Assembly (NCBI GenBank): GCA_036402635.1 | Contig: DASWSO010000138.1 | Location: forward strand, 1-33,799 | DNA length: 33,799 bases | Reading direction: 5' to 3' | From: Xanthobacteraceae bacterium | GTDB lineage: Bacteria; Pseudomonadota; Alphaproteobacteria; Rhizobiales; Xanthobacteraceae | Shown here: positions 1 to 8,702 of the stretch, one piece after another | Position numbering within the stretch: position 1 is the first letter of the stretch | How the letters are laid out: each line of letters begins with the position of its first letter | Notes under the pieces: generated by a model | Database searches by the model: none | What the model was told of the DNA's origin: nothing | What the model saw: only the letters and a program-made list of their open reading frames with translations | Program-made: the position numbers and the translations under genes

Positions 1-1
1 G

Positions 2-1399
2 GTCGTCGGCTCCGACGGCGAGGTGGTCCGGCTGGTCGGCACCCTGACCGACGTTACCGAGTTCAAGACCGCGGAAGAGCGGCTGCTGCACGATGCGGTG
101 CACGACAACCTCACCGGCCTACCGAACCGGCAACTGTTCCTGGACCGGCTGGAAGCGGTCATCGCCTTCGCCAATGCGGACAGCAATATCCGGCAGACCG
201 TCATCGTGGTCGATCTCGACCGCTTCAAGCAGGTCAACGACTCGGTCGGTATCGCGGTCGGCGACTCCATCCTCCTCACGCTGGCGCGCCGTCTCGGACG
301 GTTGCTGAAGCCGCAGGACACGCTGGCACGGCTTGCCGGCGATCAGTTCGGGCTCATCCTGCTGTCCGAAAAGGACCCGACCCGCATCATCGCCTTTGCC
401 GAGACCATCCGGCGCACCCTGCGCGCGCCGATCGCCTTCAATGACCGCGAGATCTTCCTGACCGCGTCGATCGGGCTGGCGCTGGGCGACGGCCAGAACC
501 ATCGCACCGAGGAGGTGGTGAAGGACGCCGAACTCGCGATGTACCATGCCAAGCGCATGGGCGGCGATCGCATCGAGGTGTTCAAGGCCGCCATGCGGGC
601 CCGCAAGACCGACCGGCTGACGCTCGAGTCGGAGCTGCGGCGCGCCATCGAGCGCGACGAGATCACGATCCTTTACCAGCCGATCATCCGCCTGGAGGAC
701 CGCTCGGTGGCGGGCTTCGAGGCGCTCGCGCGCTGGGACCATCCCAAGATGGGCCGCATGTCGCCGGCGGAATTCATCGGCGTTGCGGAGGAGATCGGGC
801 TCATCGTCGATCTCGGCCTGTTCGTGCTGGAGCGCACCGCCCGCCAGCTCGGCCAGTGGCAGCGCGCCGCGCGCTCGCGCGAGCCGATCTTCGCGAGCGT
901 GAATGTCTCATCGCGGCAGCTGCTGCGACACGACCTGATCCACGACCTGCGCACGGTGCTGGCGCGCTCCGGCCTGGCGCGCGGTTCGCTCAAGCTCGAG
1001 CTCACCGAGTCCCTGGTGATGGAGAACCCCGAGCACGCCGCGCAGCTGCTGCAGCGGATCCGCGAGTTGGGCGCCGGCCTCGCGCTCGACGATTTCGGCA
1101 CCGGACATTCCTCGCTCGCCTATCTGCAGCGCTTCCCGTTCGACACGATCAAGATCGACCAGTCGTTCGTGCGCGCCGGCAGCAAGGGCAAGCGCCCGGT
1201 GATCCTGCGCTCGATCATCGCGCTCGCGCACGACCTCGGCATGGAAGTGGTCGCCGAGGGCGCCGAGACCGATTCCGACGCGGTCGAGCTTTACCAGCTC
1301 GGCTGCGAATACGCGCAGGGCTACGTGTTCGGCGAGCCGATGACAGCGCGCGAGGCGCAGGACTTCCTCTCCTCGCACGCCTACGAGGCGGCGCAGTAG
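2..1399 (+). CDS. c-di-GMP signalling protein, (PAS)-GGDEF-EAL; the 5' end lies outside the window
   Basis: The frame is open from the window edge, and the track ORF 23..1399 is in the same frame. GGDEF-domain context is present (DNLTGLPNR, VDLDRFKQVND) with a degenerate signature LAGDQF. EAL-domain motifs seen: EALARW, NVSSRQL, ELTES, DDFGTGHSSL, KIDQSF, EGAETD, QGY. Confidence 0.9.
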   Translation, partial: VVGSDGEVVRLVGTLTDVTEFKTAEERLLHDAVHDNLTGLPNRQLFLDRLEAVIAFANADSNIRQTVIVVDLDRFKQVNDSVGIAVGDSILLTLARRLGRLLKPQDTLARLAGDQFGLILLSEKDPTRIIAFAETIRRTLRAPIAFNDREIFLTASIGLALGDGQNHRTEEVVKDAELAMYHAKRMGGDRIEVFKAAMRARKTDRLTLESELRRAIERDEITILYQPIIRLEDRSVAGFEALARWDHPKMGRMSPAEFIGVAEEIGLIVDLGLFVLERTARQLGQWQRAARSREPIFASVNVSSRQLLRHDLIHDLRTVLARSGLARGSLKLELTESLVMENPEHAAQLLQRIRELGAGLALDDFGTGHSSLAYLQRFPFDTIKIDQSFVRAGSKGKRPVILRSIIALAHDLGMEVVAEGAETDSDAVELYQLGCEYAQGYVFGEPMTAREAQDFLSSHAYEAAQ

Positions 1400-1444
1400 C
1401 GCTGCGCACTCCCCGTCATCGCGGGATATGTCCTGGCAAAGTCC

Positions 1445-2059
1445 CTAAGCGTGGCCGGCGACGCTCGACAGCATCGCCGGATTGACGCCGAGCTTGCGCA
1501 GCGCGCGCTCGTACTTCGACTCGGTGTCGCCGCCGAAGATGAGGTCGCTGTCGGCCGCGCAATGCAGCCAGCCGTTGCCCTGGATCTCGTTTTCCAGCTG
1601 GCCGGCGCCCCAGCCCGCATAGCCGAGCGCCAGCACGGCGTTGGCCGGCCCGCTCCCCTTGGCGATCGCCTTGAGGATGTCGAGCGTCGCGGTCAGACAG
1701 ACGCCGTCGTCGATCGGCAGGGTCGAGTCCTCGAGGAAGAAGTCGGCCGTGTGCAGCACGAAGCCGCGCCCGGTCTCCACCGGCCCGCCCTTGAGCACGC
1801 GCATCGTCTCGGCGCCGCTCGGCAGCTGGATGCGGTCGGCGGCCGGGATCACTTCGAGCTGCACCAGCAGATCCGGAAAGTTGATATGCGGCGCCGGCTG
1901 GTTGACCACGATGCCCATCGCGCCCTCGGTCGAGTGCGCGCAGACATAGATCAGGGTGCGGGTGAAACGCTCGTCTTCCATCGACGGCATCGCAATCAGC
2001 ATCTGCCCGTCGAGATAGCCGCGGGCGGAACGTTTCGACTTCTTGCGGTCCAGTCGCAT
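1445..2059 (-). CDS. YqgE/AlgH family protein (UPF0301)
   Basis: 204-aa ORF. It carries the typical [35 protein letters not shown] core and a [13 protein letters not shown] motif. Confidence 0.85.
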   Translation of the reverse strand: MRLDRKKSKRSARGYLDGQMLIAMPSMEDERFTRTLIYVCAHSTEGAMGIVVNQPAPHINFPDLLVQLEVIPAADRIQLPSGAETMRVLKGGPVETGRGFVLHTADFFLEDSTLPIDDGVCLTATLDILKAIAKGSGPANAVLALGYAGWGAGQLENEIQGNGWLHCAADSDLIFGGDTESKYERALRKLGVNPAMLSSVAGHA

Positions 2060-2156
2060 GGGACGACGTTACCTCGAATGGCGGTGGATTGGAAAGCAGC
2101 CGTCGATCACGAGCATTTCAATGGCCGACGGTGTGCGACGCAACTAAAGGAACGCG

Positions 2157-3023
2157 ATGACCGCTCCGGCGTTCCATCTCTCTTTGTTGCGCAGCATTGC
2201 GGCAGTTGCCTTTTTGGCGTGCACGGCGACGCAGGCGGCGCAGGCGGCCGAAGCCTCGGAATGGGACAAGGGCGACCGTTCCGCCGCCCGCCTGGTGGCC
2301 GGCGCCGCAACCCGGCATGACGGGAAACGTGTGCTGCGCGCCGGCATCGAGCTGCAGCTCGTGCCCGGCTGGAAGACCTATTGGCGTTATCCGGGCGACG
2401 CCGGCGTGCCGCCGCGCTTCGACTTCAGCGGCTCGCGCAACGTCAAGGACGTCGAGGTGCTGTTTCCGGCGCCGCGCCGCTTCGAGGACGCCGGCCAATT
2501 CTCCATCGGCTACACGCAGGACCTGATCCTGCCGCTGCGGATCACGCCGCAGGACCCGAACGCGCCGGCGTCGGTCAAGCTGAAGCTCGATTATGCCGTG
2601 TGCGAGAAGCTCTGCGTGCCGGTCGACGCGCAACTCGAGCTCACCCTCGACGGCAAGCGCCCGACCGCGCACGACGACGCGCTGCGCGCCAGCGAGGCGC
2701 TCGTGCCGAAGCCGGCGGCGCTCGGCGCCGCCGGCCCGCTGGCGATCGTCGCGGTGCGGCAGGAAGCGGGCGGCGGCAAGCCGCGCGTGGTGGTCGATAT
2801 CGCCGCCAAGGACGCCAAGACGCTCGACCTGTTCGCCGAAGGACCGCGCGCCGACTGGAGCCTGCCGCTGCCGGAACCAGTCGACGGGGCTCCGGCGGGC
2901 TTACGCCGCTTCGCGTTCGAGATCGACGGCATGCCGCCCGACACCGATCCGCGCGGCGCGCGCATCACGCTCACGGCGGTCTCCGAGGATGGTGCCATCC
3001 AGGTGCCGTTCACTCTCGACTAA
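2157..3023 (+). CDS. Periplasmic DsbD N-terminal (alpha) domain-like thiol:disulfide protein
   Basis: AAGGAA lies upstream of the ATG. A signal peptide is present (AVAFLACTATQAAQAAEA). Motifs GWKTYWRYPGDAGVPP and YAVCEKLCVP (Cys codons 2601-2603 and 2613-2615) are typical of DsbD-alpha/ScsB-like domains. Confidence 0.8.
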   Translation: MTAPAFHLSLLRSIAAVAFLACTATQAAQAAEASEWDKGDRSAARLVAGAATRHDGKRVLRAGIELQLVPGWKTYWRYPGDAGVPPRFDFSGSRNVKDVEVLFPAPRRFEDAGQFSIGYTQDLILPLRITPQDPNAPASVKLKLDYAVCEKLCVPVDAQLELTLDGKRPTAHDDALRASEALVPKPAALGAAGPLAIVAVRQEAGGGKPRVVVDIAAKDAKTLDLFAEGPRADWSLPLPEPVDGAPAGLRRFAFEIDGMPPDTDPRGARITLTAVSEDGAIQVPFTLD

Positions 3024-3111
3024 ATCCGTCGGCGCGCTAACTTACGCGCCCTGCCGGCGACGGCACCTGCGTCGCGCCGGCGCCGCCTTCATCTCAACCA
3101 GAGGAAACATC

Positions 3112-3600
3112 ATGGCCATCAAAGTCGGCGACCGCATTCCGAGCTCGCGCTTCCGCGTCACCACGGCCGAAGGGCCGGCCTGGAAGACCACGGACGATAT
3201 CTTCAAGGGCAAGAAGGTGGTGCTGTTCGGCGTGCCGGGCGCCTTCACCGGCACCTGCCACAAGAGCCACCTCCCCGGCTTCATCCAGAACGCGGCCGCC
3301 ATCAAGGCGAAGGGCGTCGACACCATCGCGGTCACCGGCGTCAACGACCACTTCGTCATGGACGCGTGGAAGGACGCTTCCAGTGCCGCCGGCAAGGTGG
3401 AATTCCTCGCCGACGGGAACGGCGAGTTCGCCAAGGCGATCGACATGACCTTCGACGGTTCCGGCAACGGGCTCGGCACCCGCTCCAAGCGCTACGCCAT
3501 GGTGGTGGACGACGGCGTGGTGAAGCAGCTCAGCGTCGAAGAGGCGCCCGGCAAGGTGGAGCTGACCAGCGCCGAGAACCTGTTGAAGGCGCTGACCTAA
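3112..3600 (+). CDS. Peroxiredoxin, Prx5 (PrxD) type
   Basis: The internal ATG at 3112 of track ORF 2593..3600 is preceded by GAGGAAACA. Motif VLFGVPGAFTGTCHKSHLPGF holds the peroxidatic Cys context. Length is 162 aa. Confidence 0.9.
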   Translation: MAIKVGDRIPSSRFRVTTAEGPAWKTTDDIFKGKKVVLFGVPGAFTGTCHKSHLPGFIQNAAAIKAKGVDTIAVTGVNDHFVMDAWKDASSAAGKVEFLADGNGEFAKAIDMTFDGSGNGLGTRSKRYAMVVDDGVVKQLSVEEAPGKVELTSAENLLKALT

Positions 3601-3616
3601 GCGCGCTCCTGACGCT

Positions 3617-6600
3617 TCAAGCCGACGCCGGAGCGGGCTCTCGAGCCCGCTCCTCCTCCCGCTCCTTGACGCGGAACCAGGCGACGTAGAGCGCCGGCAG
3701 GAACACCAGCGTGAGCGCGGTGGCGACCGCGAGCCCGCCCATGATGGCGTAGGCCATCGGCCCCCAGAACACCGTCGGCGCGATCGGGATCATGCCCAGA
3801 ATCGCGGCCGCGGCCGTGAGCAGGATCGGCCGGAAGCGGTGCAGCGTCGCCTCCACGACGGCATCCCAGCGGCTGCGGCCGTGGGCGATCTCGGTCTCGA
3901 TCTGGTCGACCAGGATCACCGAATTGCGCACGATCATGCCGATCAGCGCGATCACGCCCAGGATGGCGACGAAGCCGAGCGGTTTGCCCGCCAGCAGCAG
4001 CGCCGCCACCACGCCGATCAGCCCGAGCGGCGCCACGCTCAGCACCAGGAAGAGCCGCTGGAAGCTCTGCAGCTGGATCATCAGGATCGCCATCATCAGC
4101 AGCAGCATCAGCGGCACCACCGCGGCGACCGACGCCTGCGACTGCGTGCTTTCCTCCACCGTGCCGCCGAGCGCGATGCGGTAGCGGTCCGGCAGCGTGC
4201 GATTGAGCTCGTCGATCCTTCCCTGCAGCGCCTGCACCACGGTCGCGGGCTGCACGTTGCCGATCACGTCGCCCTGCACGGTCAACGTCGGTAGCCGGTC
4301 GCGCCGCCAGATCAGCGGCAGCTCCTGCCCGTAATCGACCGAGGCGATCTGCATCAGCGGGACGGTGCGGCCGTTCGCCAGCGGGATCTGCAGCGTGCGC
4401 AGCGTCGACGCCGAAATGCGATCCTCCGGAGCCGCGCGCGCCACCACGTCGATCAGGTAGATGCCGTCGCGCAGCTGCGTGATGGTGATGCCGGAGACGA
4501 CGGTGTTGAGCGCCTGCGCCAGCTGCTCCGAGCTGATGCCGAGCAGCCGCGCCTGGTCCTGGTCGACCCGCATGCGCAGCGTCCGCGCCGGCTCGATCCA
4601 GTCGAAGTTCACCTTATCGACGTTGCGGTTCTCCGCCATCGCCTGCGCCACCCGGAAGGCGATCTCGCGCACCTGCGCGGCGTCCGGCCCGCTCACCCGA
4701 TACTGCACCGGCCAGCCGACCGGCGGCCCCATTTCCAGCGCCGAGATGCGCACCACCACGTTGGGCAGCGCCTCCGGCAGTGCCGCTTCCAGCCGCGCGC
4801 GGACGCGCTCGCGCGCCTCCAGGCTCTTCGTCACGATCACCGCCTGCGCGAAGAAATCGTTGGGCAGCTGCACGTTGAGCGGCAGGTAGAAGCGCACGGC
4901 GCCGCGCCCGATATAGGTCGACCAGCGGTCGATATCTTTGTCGTCGCGCAGCAGCCCATCGAGCTTGCCGGCGGCGTCGCCGGTCGCATAGATCGAGGCG
5001 TTCTGCGCCAGCTTCAGGTCGACCAGCAGCTCCGGCCGGTCCGACGACGGAAAGAACTGCTGCGGCACGAACCGCATCCCGAAAAGCGAGAGCGCGAACA
5101 GCGCGAGCGTCGCCGCGATGGTGACCCAGCGCATCCGCATGGCGCCGACCAGCACCCGACGAAAAACCCGCATGACGCGGCCCGGCTCGGCCGCGTGCGC
5201 ATGCTGGCGCTTGTCCGAAAGAATGGTGACGCCGATCAGCGGGGCGAAGATCACCGCGACGAACCACGAGGCGATCAGCGCGATTCCCACCACCGCGAAC
5301 AGCGAGAACGTGTATTCGCCGGCGGCGCTGCGGGCGAAGCCGATCGGCACGAAGCCGGCGACCGTCACCAGCGTGCCGGTCAGCATCGGGAACGCCGTCG
5401 ACGTATAGGCGAAGGTGGCGGCGCGCGCCTTGGTCCACCCCTCCTCCAGCTTGGTCACCATGGTCTCGACCGTGATCATGGCATCGTCGACCAGGAGCCC
5501 GAGCGCGATGATCAGCGCGCCGAGCGAGACCCGCTGCAGGTCGATGCGGAAGATCTCCATGGCGACGAACACCATCGCCAGCACCAGCGGGATCGAGGCC
5601 GCCACCACCGCGCCGGCACGCATGCCGAGGCTGATGAAGCTCACCGCCAGCACGATCGCGATCGCCTCCCACAGCGCCTTCATGAATTCGTGCACCGCCT
5701 CGTTCACCACCGCCGGCTGCTCGGCGACCAGCCGCGGCTCGATGCCGACCGGCAGCTCCGCCGTGAGCTTCGCCATCGCGGCCTCGATGTTCTTGCCGAG
5801 CGACAGGATGTCGCCGCCGTCGCGCATCGCGATCGCGATGCCGATTGCCGACTGGCCATTGATGCGGAACATCGGCTGTGGCGGATCCGCATAGGCACGG
5901 GTGACGGTGGCGATGTCGCTGAGTCGAAACAGCCGGCCGCCGGCCACGAAGTTGACCTTGCGCAGGTCCTCTTCCGACTGGAAGGCGCCGCTGACGCGCA
6001 CCATGATCTTCTCGTCGGCGGTCTGCACCACCCCGGCCGGCGCGATCGCGTTCTGCGCCTGCAGCGCGCGCACCAGCGCCTGCCGGTCGATGCCGAGCCC
6101 GGCCATATGCTGCACCGAGAACTCGATGTAGATGCGCTCGTCCTGCGTGCCGAAGATGTCGATCTTCGACACGTCTTCCACCTGCAGCAGCGTCGAGCGC
6201 ACCGCCTCGACCCGGTCGCGCAGGTCGCGCTGGGTGAAACCCTCGGCCGTGAAGGCGTAGATGATGCCATAGGTGTCGCCGAACTCGTCGTTGAAGCCGG
6301 GACCGACAATGCCTTGCGGGAAGCTGCCGCGGATGTCGCCGATCTTCTTGCGCACCTGGTACCAGACGTTCGCCACCTCGCGGGCGGGCGTGCTGCCTTT
6401 CAGGTTGACGAAGACGGTGGTCTGGCCCGCCACCGTGTAGCTGCGGATAAAGTCGAGATACGGCGTCTCCTGCAGCTTCTTCTCGATCCGGTCGGTGATC
6501 TGCGCCAGCGTCTCGTCGATCGACGCGCCCGGCCAGGCCGCCTGCACCACCATGGTCTTGATGGTGAAGGCCGGGTCCTCATTGCGGCCGAGCCGCGTGT

Positions 6601-6697
6601 AGGAGAGCACGCCGGCCGCCACGATCACGATCAGGAAGAACCAGACCAGCGAGCGGTGGCGGATCGCCCAGTCCGACAGATTGAACGCGCCCATCAT
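3617..6697 (-). CDS. Efflux RND transporter permease subunit (AcrB/HAE1-like)
   Basis: 1026-aa ORF. The N terminus MGAFNLSDWAIRHR plus a first TM segment is typical. Two large periplasmic loops alternate with hydrophobic blocks. The start overlaps the stop of the upstream adaptor gene (ATGA). Confidence 0.93.
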   Translation of the reverse strand: MMGAFNLSDWAIRHRSLVWFFLIVIVAAGVLSYTRLGRNEDPAFTIKTMVVQAAWPGASIDETLAQITDRIEKKLQETPYLDFIRSYTVAGQTTVFVNLKGSTPAREVANVWYQVRKKIGDIRGSFPQGIVGPGFNDEFGDTYGIIYAFTAEGFTQRDLRDRVEAVRSTLLQVEDVSKIDIFGTQDERIYIEFSVQHMAGLGIDRQALVRALQAQNAIAPAGVVQTADEKIMVRVSGAFQSEEDLRKVNFVAGGRLFRLSDIATVTRAYADPPQPMFRINGQSAIGIAIAMRDGGDILSLGKNIEAAMAKLTAELPVGIEPRLVAEQPAVVNEAVHEFMKALWEAIAIVLAVSFISLGMRAGAVVAASIPLVLAMVFVAMEIFRIDLQRVSLGALIIALGLLVDDAMITVETMVTKLEEGWTKARAATFAYTSTAFPMLTGTLVTVAGFVPIGFARSAAGEYTFSLFAVVGIALIASWFVAVIFAPLIGVTILSDKRQHAHAAEPGRVMRVFRRVLVGAMRMRWVTIAATLALFALSLFGMRFVPQQFFPSSDRPELLVDLKLAQNASIYATGDAAGKLDGLLRDDKDIDRWSTYIGRGAVRFYLPLNVQLPNDFFAQAVIVTKSLEARERVRARLEAALPEALPNVVVRISALEMGPPVGWPVQYRVSGPDAAQVREIAFRVAQAMAENRNVDKVNFDWIEPARTLRMRVDQDQARLLGISSEQLAQALNTVVSGITITQLRDGIYLIDVVARAAPEDRISASTLRTLQIPLANGRTVPLMQIASVDYGQELPLIWRRDRLPTLTVQGDVIGNVQPATVVQALQGRIDELNRTLPDRYRIALGGTVEESTQSQASVAAVVPLMLLLMMAILMIQLQSFQRLFLVLSVAPLGLIGVVAALLLAGKPLGFVAILGVIALIGMIVRNSVILVDQIETEIAHGRSRWDAVVEATLHRFRPILLTAAAAILGMIPIAPTVFWGPMAYAIMGGLAVATALTLVFLPALYVAWFRVKEREEERAREPAPASA

Positions 6698-7761
6698 GCC
6701 TGCGGGCCGATCAGCTTCACCTTCTGTCCGGGCCGCAGCGCCTGCACGCCGGCGGTGACCACGATGTCGCCCTCCTGCAGCCCGCTCGACACGATCGCCG
6801 AGTTGGCGTCGTAGCGCGCGATCTCGACCGGCCGCAGGCTGACGGTCCCGGTCGCCTTGTCGACCACCCAGACGGCGGGCTTGCCGTTCGCCTGCGTCAG
6901 CGCGGTGGCGGGTATCTCGATCGCCGGCTCGCCCTTGAGGGTGATGCGGCCGACCACGGTGGCGCCCAGCAGCATCCCGGGCGGCGGATCGGTGAGGCCG
7001 ACCTTCACCTGATGCGTGCGGGTGACCGGATCGGCCTGCGGCGAGACCTCGCGTACGCGCCCGGTGGTACGCACGTTCGGATTCTCCGGCAGATAGACTT
7101 CCACCTCGCCGGGATTGCCGGCGCGGATCAGCGGCCCCGGCACGTCGAACACCGCGTCGCGGCCGCCCTGCCGCGCCACCTGCAGCACCATCTGGCCGGC
7201 GCGCACCACCTCGCCGGGCTCCGCGCCCTTGGCGGTGACGGCACCGGGCGCGTCGGCATGCAGTTCGGTGTAGCTCAGCCGGTCCTGCGCGGTGCGCAGC
7301 TTGGCCTGCGCGGATTCGACCTGCGACTGCGTGGTCTGCAACTGCTGCAGCGCCTGATCGTACTGCGCGCGGGTGGTGAAGCCCTTCTGCAAGAGTTCGC
7401 GCTGCCGCCCTTCGGTGCCCTGCGCCTGCGTCAGCGCCGCCTGCGCGGCGGCGAGGTCGGCCTGCGCCGAGCGCAGCGCATTCTGCTCGTTCTGCGGATC
7501 GAGCTTGCCGACCACCTGCCCGGCCGAGACGCGGTCACCGACGTTGACCGGCCGCTCGATCAGCTTGCCGTCGATGCGGAACGCAAGGCTGACCTCGTCC
7601 TGCGCCTTCACCTGTCCGGTGAGCGCGACCGGCTCGCCGGCGGTGCGCTTCTCCACCGTGACGGTGCGCACCGGCCGCACCTGCGGCGCCGGCGGCGGCG
7701 TCTCGCCGCAGGCGGTGAGGCCCGCCAACGCCAACGCGATCACGCCAAGCGGTGCGCGCAT
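6694..7761 (-). CDS. Efflux RND transporter periplasmic adaptor subunit (MFP), lipoprotein
   Basis: 355-aa ORF with lipobox LAGLTAC. It has a coiled-coil hairpin region (AAAQAALTQAQ...QLQTTQSQVESAQAKLRTAQDRL) and beta-barrel-like ends. It is coupled to the RND gene. Confidence 0.9.
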   Translation of the reverse strand: MRAPLGVIALALAGLTACGETPPPAPQVRPVRTVTVEKRTAGEPVALTGQVKAQDEVSLAFRIDGKLIERPVNVGDRVSAGQVVGKLDPQNEQNALRSAQADLAAAQAALTQAQGTEGRQRELLQKGFTTRAQYDQALQQLQTTQSQVESAQAKLRTAQDRLSYTELHADAPGAVTAKGAEPGEVVRAGQMVLQVARQGGRDAVFDVPGPLIRAGNPGEVEVYLPENPNVRTTGRVREVSPQADPVTRTHQVKVGLTDPPPGMLLGATVVGRITLKGEPAIEIPATALTQANGKPAVWVVDKATGTVSLRPVEIARYDANSAIVSSGLQEGDIVVTAGVQALRPGQKVKLIGPQA

Positions 7762-7829
7762 CGTGTTTCTCTCGTGGGTTTGTGCAATCGAAGTGTAACG
7801 ATGATGGGCGCGGGCGTCACGGCGCTTTC

Positions 7830-7917
7830 CCTCATCCTAGGGAGCGCTGCGCAGCCGTGCGTCGCGAACGACCGCGGTTCGAGACGCATCGCTTTCGCGA
7901 TGCTCCTCAGGGTGAGG
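7830..7917. repeat. REP-like intergenic element (family CCTCACCCTGAGGAGC...GGATGAGG), inverted orientation
   Basis: The arms are CCTCATCCTAGGGAGCG (7830-7846) and TGCTCCTCAGGGTGAGG (7901-7917), which are imperfect reverse complements. A nested perfect 7-bp hairpin GCATCGC-TTTC-GCGATGC lies at 7886-7903. Related copies sit at 12707-12782 and 22774-22820. Confidence 0.7.
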
Positions 7918-7939
7918 ATGCAGTGTTGCTGCGGACAGG

Positions 7940-8611
7940 CTAACGGGCGGTGCTCAGTATCTCGACGATCTTATCGTAGCCGCGCGACTTGGCGTGCTGC
8001 AGCGGCGTCACGCCGGAACGGTCGCCGAGGTCGCGGCGTGCGCCGGCGGCGACCAGCGCCCGCACGGTCTCGGTGTGGCGCGGACCGCCGTCGCCGAGGA
8101 TCACCGCCTCGATCAGCGCGGTCCAGCCGAGATTGTTGACATGGTCGAGCGGTGCGCCGGCGCGGATCAATTCCTGCACCACGCCGTCGTGGCCGAGATG
8201 CGCGGCCGCGATCAGCGCGGTGCCGTCGTAGATGCTGGTGACCAGCTTGGCGCTGGCGCCGGCCGCCAGCAGCGCCTGCAAGGTCGGCACGTCGTCCGCC
8301 ACCGCCGCGATCGTCACCGCGTCGTAGCGCTGGTTGTCGAGCAGCGCCGGATCGGCGCCGGCCGCGATCAGCGCCTGCGCGGCGACGCCGTGGCGCTGGA
8401 ACGCCGCGACGTGCAGCGGCGTGCGGCCGTTGCGGTCGCGCGCATTCAGCTCCGGCTTGGCAGCGCGGCGGATCGCCTCGACGTCGCCGGCTGCCGCGGC
8501 GGCATGCGGTCCGCGATACGCCGCCAGCTCTTCCTGTGTGGGCGGCGTCTGCGCCAACGCGGAGGCGCAGGCAAAGACCAGCAGCGCCAGGACCGCGACA
8601 CGCACCAGCAT
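7940..8611 (-). CDS. Ankyrin-repeat protein with N-terminal Sec signal peptide
   Basis: The internal ATG at 8611 is preceded by GGAGGAAACCA. The signal-like N terminus is MLVRVAVLALLVFACASALAQ. At least four ANK repeats are present (GRTPLHVAAFQRHGVAAQALIAAGADP, GTALIAAAHLGHDGVVQELIRAGAPL, GWTALIEAV..., GVTPLQHAKSRGYDKIVEIL). Confidence 0.85.
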   Translation of the reverse strand: MLVRVAVLALLVFACASALAQTPPTQEELAAYRGPHAAAAAGDVEAIRRAAKPELNARDRNGRTPLHVAAFQRHGVAAQALIAAGADPALLDNQRYDAVTIAAVADDVPTLQALLAAGASAKLVTSIYDGTALIAAAHLGHDGVVQELIRAGAPLDHVNNLGWTALIEAVILGDGGPRHTETVRALVAAGARRDLGDRSGVTPLQHAKSRGYDKIVEILSTAR

Positions 8612-8702
8612 TGGTTTCCTCCCGATTGCGCGCGTTGGCGCGGCCCGCGCAACCGTACGGCTACGCGGGCTCGCCGTCATGCGCACACCAAGCACGCGCG
8701 CT

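Noticed and set aside
5195-6814. Long plus-strand ORF (539 aa) opposite the RND pump. Similar antisense or shifted ORFs include 4614-5672, 7012-8139, 8334-9872, 10326-11639, 12709-13611, 17075-18553, 21077-22063, 21768-22766, 23626-24777, 27787-28848 and 28845-30053.
   Set aside because: Their translations are Arg/Ala/Gly/Pro/His-rich low-complexity strings with no recognisable motifs. Each lies entirely over a gene with clear family motifs. Long shadow ORFs of this kind are expected in very GC-rich DNA because stop codons are rare.
7876-7883. GGTTCGAG, reminiscent of a tRNA T-loop.
   Set aside because: It lies inside the REP element. No acceptor, D or anticodon arms can be drawn around it, so it is not a tRNA.
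8625-8652. TTGCGCG-N11-CGCGCAA inverted repeat between the OYE and ankyrin genes, considered as a terminator.
   Set aside because: It has only a 7-bp stem with a large loop, and no U-tract on the transcribed (minus) strand. That is insufficient to call a terminator or attenuator.
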